Assembly (NCBI GenBank): GCA_030264375.1
Contig: JASCQW010000162.1
Coordinates: 27,709,647-27,773,646, forward strand
Source: Carcharhinus longimanus
Lineage: Eukaryota
DNA: 64,000 nt
Direction of reading: 5' to 3'
The position numbers and the translations under genes are program-made. Positions 62,455-64,000 of this stretch are shown here, piece by piece (position 1 is the first letter of the stretch; every line of letters begins with the position of its first letter). The notes beneath the pieces are model-generated. The model saw nothing but the letters and a program-made list of their open reading frames with translations, was not told the origin of the DNA and did not search any database.

Positions 62455-62925
62455 GAGCACATACAAACAAGGAGCAGGAATAGGCCATTCAGCCCATCAA
62501 GACTGTTCTGCCAGTTAATAAGATTATGGCTAATCTGACTTCAACCTCGGATCTGCATCCTGCCTAACCCTGAAAAACTATCACCCCCTTGCTTACCAAG
62601 AATCTAGCCACCTCCGCCTTAAAAATATTCAAAAACTCCCCTCTCACCACTCCTTCAGGAAGAGAGTTCAAAAGAGTCACAACACTCTGATTGGAAACAT
62701 TTCACCTCCACTCTGTTTTAAGTGAGCAACGCCTTATTTTTAAACAGTGACTCCTAGTTTGAGATTCTTCCACAAGAGGATCCTCTCCACATCCCACCTG
62801 TCAAAACCCTCAGGATCTTGTATGTTCCAATCAAGTCATTTCTTACTCTTCTAAACTCTGGCGGATACCGATCTAGCCAGCCCAACCTTTCCTCATAAGA
62901 CAACCCAACCATTCCAGCTATTAGT
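62455..62925 (-). mobile_element. CR1 3' fragment
   Basis: aggagcaggaataggccattcagccc tail and CR1 antisense body. Confidence 0.7.
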
Positions 62926-63019
62926 CAGCCATATTTTGGAACCAAATTGGACTTTTATTGGTTCCTGAAGGTGGACCTGATTTCCTATAATCCAGAAGGT
63001 TTTTTGGATTCTCCCTTTT

Positions 63020-63350
63020 TCTTACTCATTTGCGGGATGTGAGCATTTATTGCCCGTCTCTAACTGCCTTCCATTTCAGACATTTGAGAGTCAGTCAGTC
63101 ACATTGCTGTGGATCTGGGGTCACATGTAAGCCAGACTAGGTAAGGACGGCAGATTTCCTTCCCTAAAGGGCATTAGTGAATCGGGTGGGTTTTTACAAT
63201 AATCGACAATAGTTTCATGGTTATCATTAGACTTTTCTTTGAGTTCAAATTTCACCATCTGCCATGGCAGGATTTGAACCCAGGTCTCCAGATCTTGCTC
63301 TGGCTCTCTGGACTACTAGACCAGTGACAATACCACCACGTCATTGCCTT
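63020..63350 (-). mobile_element. SINE family B
   Basis: Same family as 24383-24742. Confidence 0.75.
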
Positions 63351-64000
63351 TCCTCCGCAGAGTTGTGTACCCAGAATTAACGATTTCCAATTTATGGTTA
63401 TCTACTTACTAAATTTAAAAAAGATTTGTGTAATTCTGCCAAATTCACTTCAATATGTTTCATATTGCAATAGAGACCAGTGTATAGAAACTTGTTTGCT
63501 CTGAACAATATTGAGCTCCATGCTCAATAGGTGAACAACTCCCAGTACGGTAAGTGCTTGGGGGAGCTACTAGAGACAGTGATAAAGTGAGAAGGGAGAA
63601 ACAAAGCCAAAGCTGGTGAGGCTCTGGAAGGATCCTCCTGCTCCCCTTGACACTGCTGCAAATCTGAGAGGGCTTCTGAGGCACCAGTGGTTACCATGGT
63701 CAGGGTCTCCGCATTCTACTGGAAAACAGCAGATAGGAGGCAAACAGATCCAAGGACCGCGAGAGAGTTTGAAAGAGAAAGGTGAAATGTGCCTCTTCAA
63801 ACCTCCTTTTGCATTTTTGCAAAATTATCTCTTAGATCATAGTGTAATAGGGAAATAGGCATGCCCAAGACACAGATCCAAAGAAAATTGTCCCATTGTC
63901 TTTTCTACAAACTTCCACATGGAGATATACTATTCAATCATGGTATACAGAATAACATGCTCTAAAAGAAGCTTGAGATAGTAAAGTTATTGTTCCACTT

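Noticed and set aside
1-64000. CRISPR array, operon or other prokaryotic system
   Set aside because: No regularly spaced direct repeats or dense coding. The sequence is intron-rich vertebrate DNA.

Overview
Vertebrate genomic DNA from a cartilaginous fish, very probably a shark: it carries HE1/V-SINE-like tRNA SINEs, CR1 and Rex1-like LINEs, Penelope-derived palindromic elements and many N gaps. The whole window lies inside one minus-strand gene of the Dbl/DBS RhoGEF family, most likely MCF2L2 (MCF2L is the alternative). I reconstructed 12 GT-AG, phase-consistent coding exons from 62095 down to 7930. They encode the C-terminal half of the DH domain, the PH domain and a post-PH tail. The start codon, the upstream exons and the definitive last exon(s) were not found in the window. 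The most notable feature is the post-PH tail, a series of short symmetric phase-1 cassette exons spread over about 25 kb. Several carry basophilic kinase motifs; there is also a cluster of Rbfox TGCATG motifs and a candidate alternative terminal exon. The introns contain nested and degenerate transposons: Penelope RT with an inversion, palindromic Penelope derivatives with decayed hammerhead-like cores, an internally deleted Gypsy element, a Harbinger Myb/SANT relic and Harbinger-type MITEs with 3-bp TSDs. Nearly all supplied ORFs are spurious or repeat-derived. There is no prokaryote-type system such as CRISPR or an operon. Repeat boundaries are approximate; exon boundaries were read base by base.
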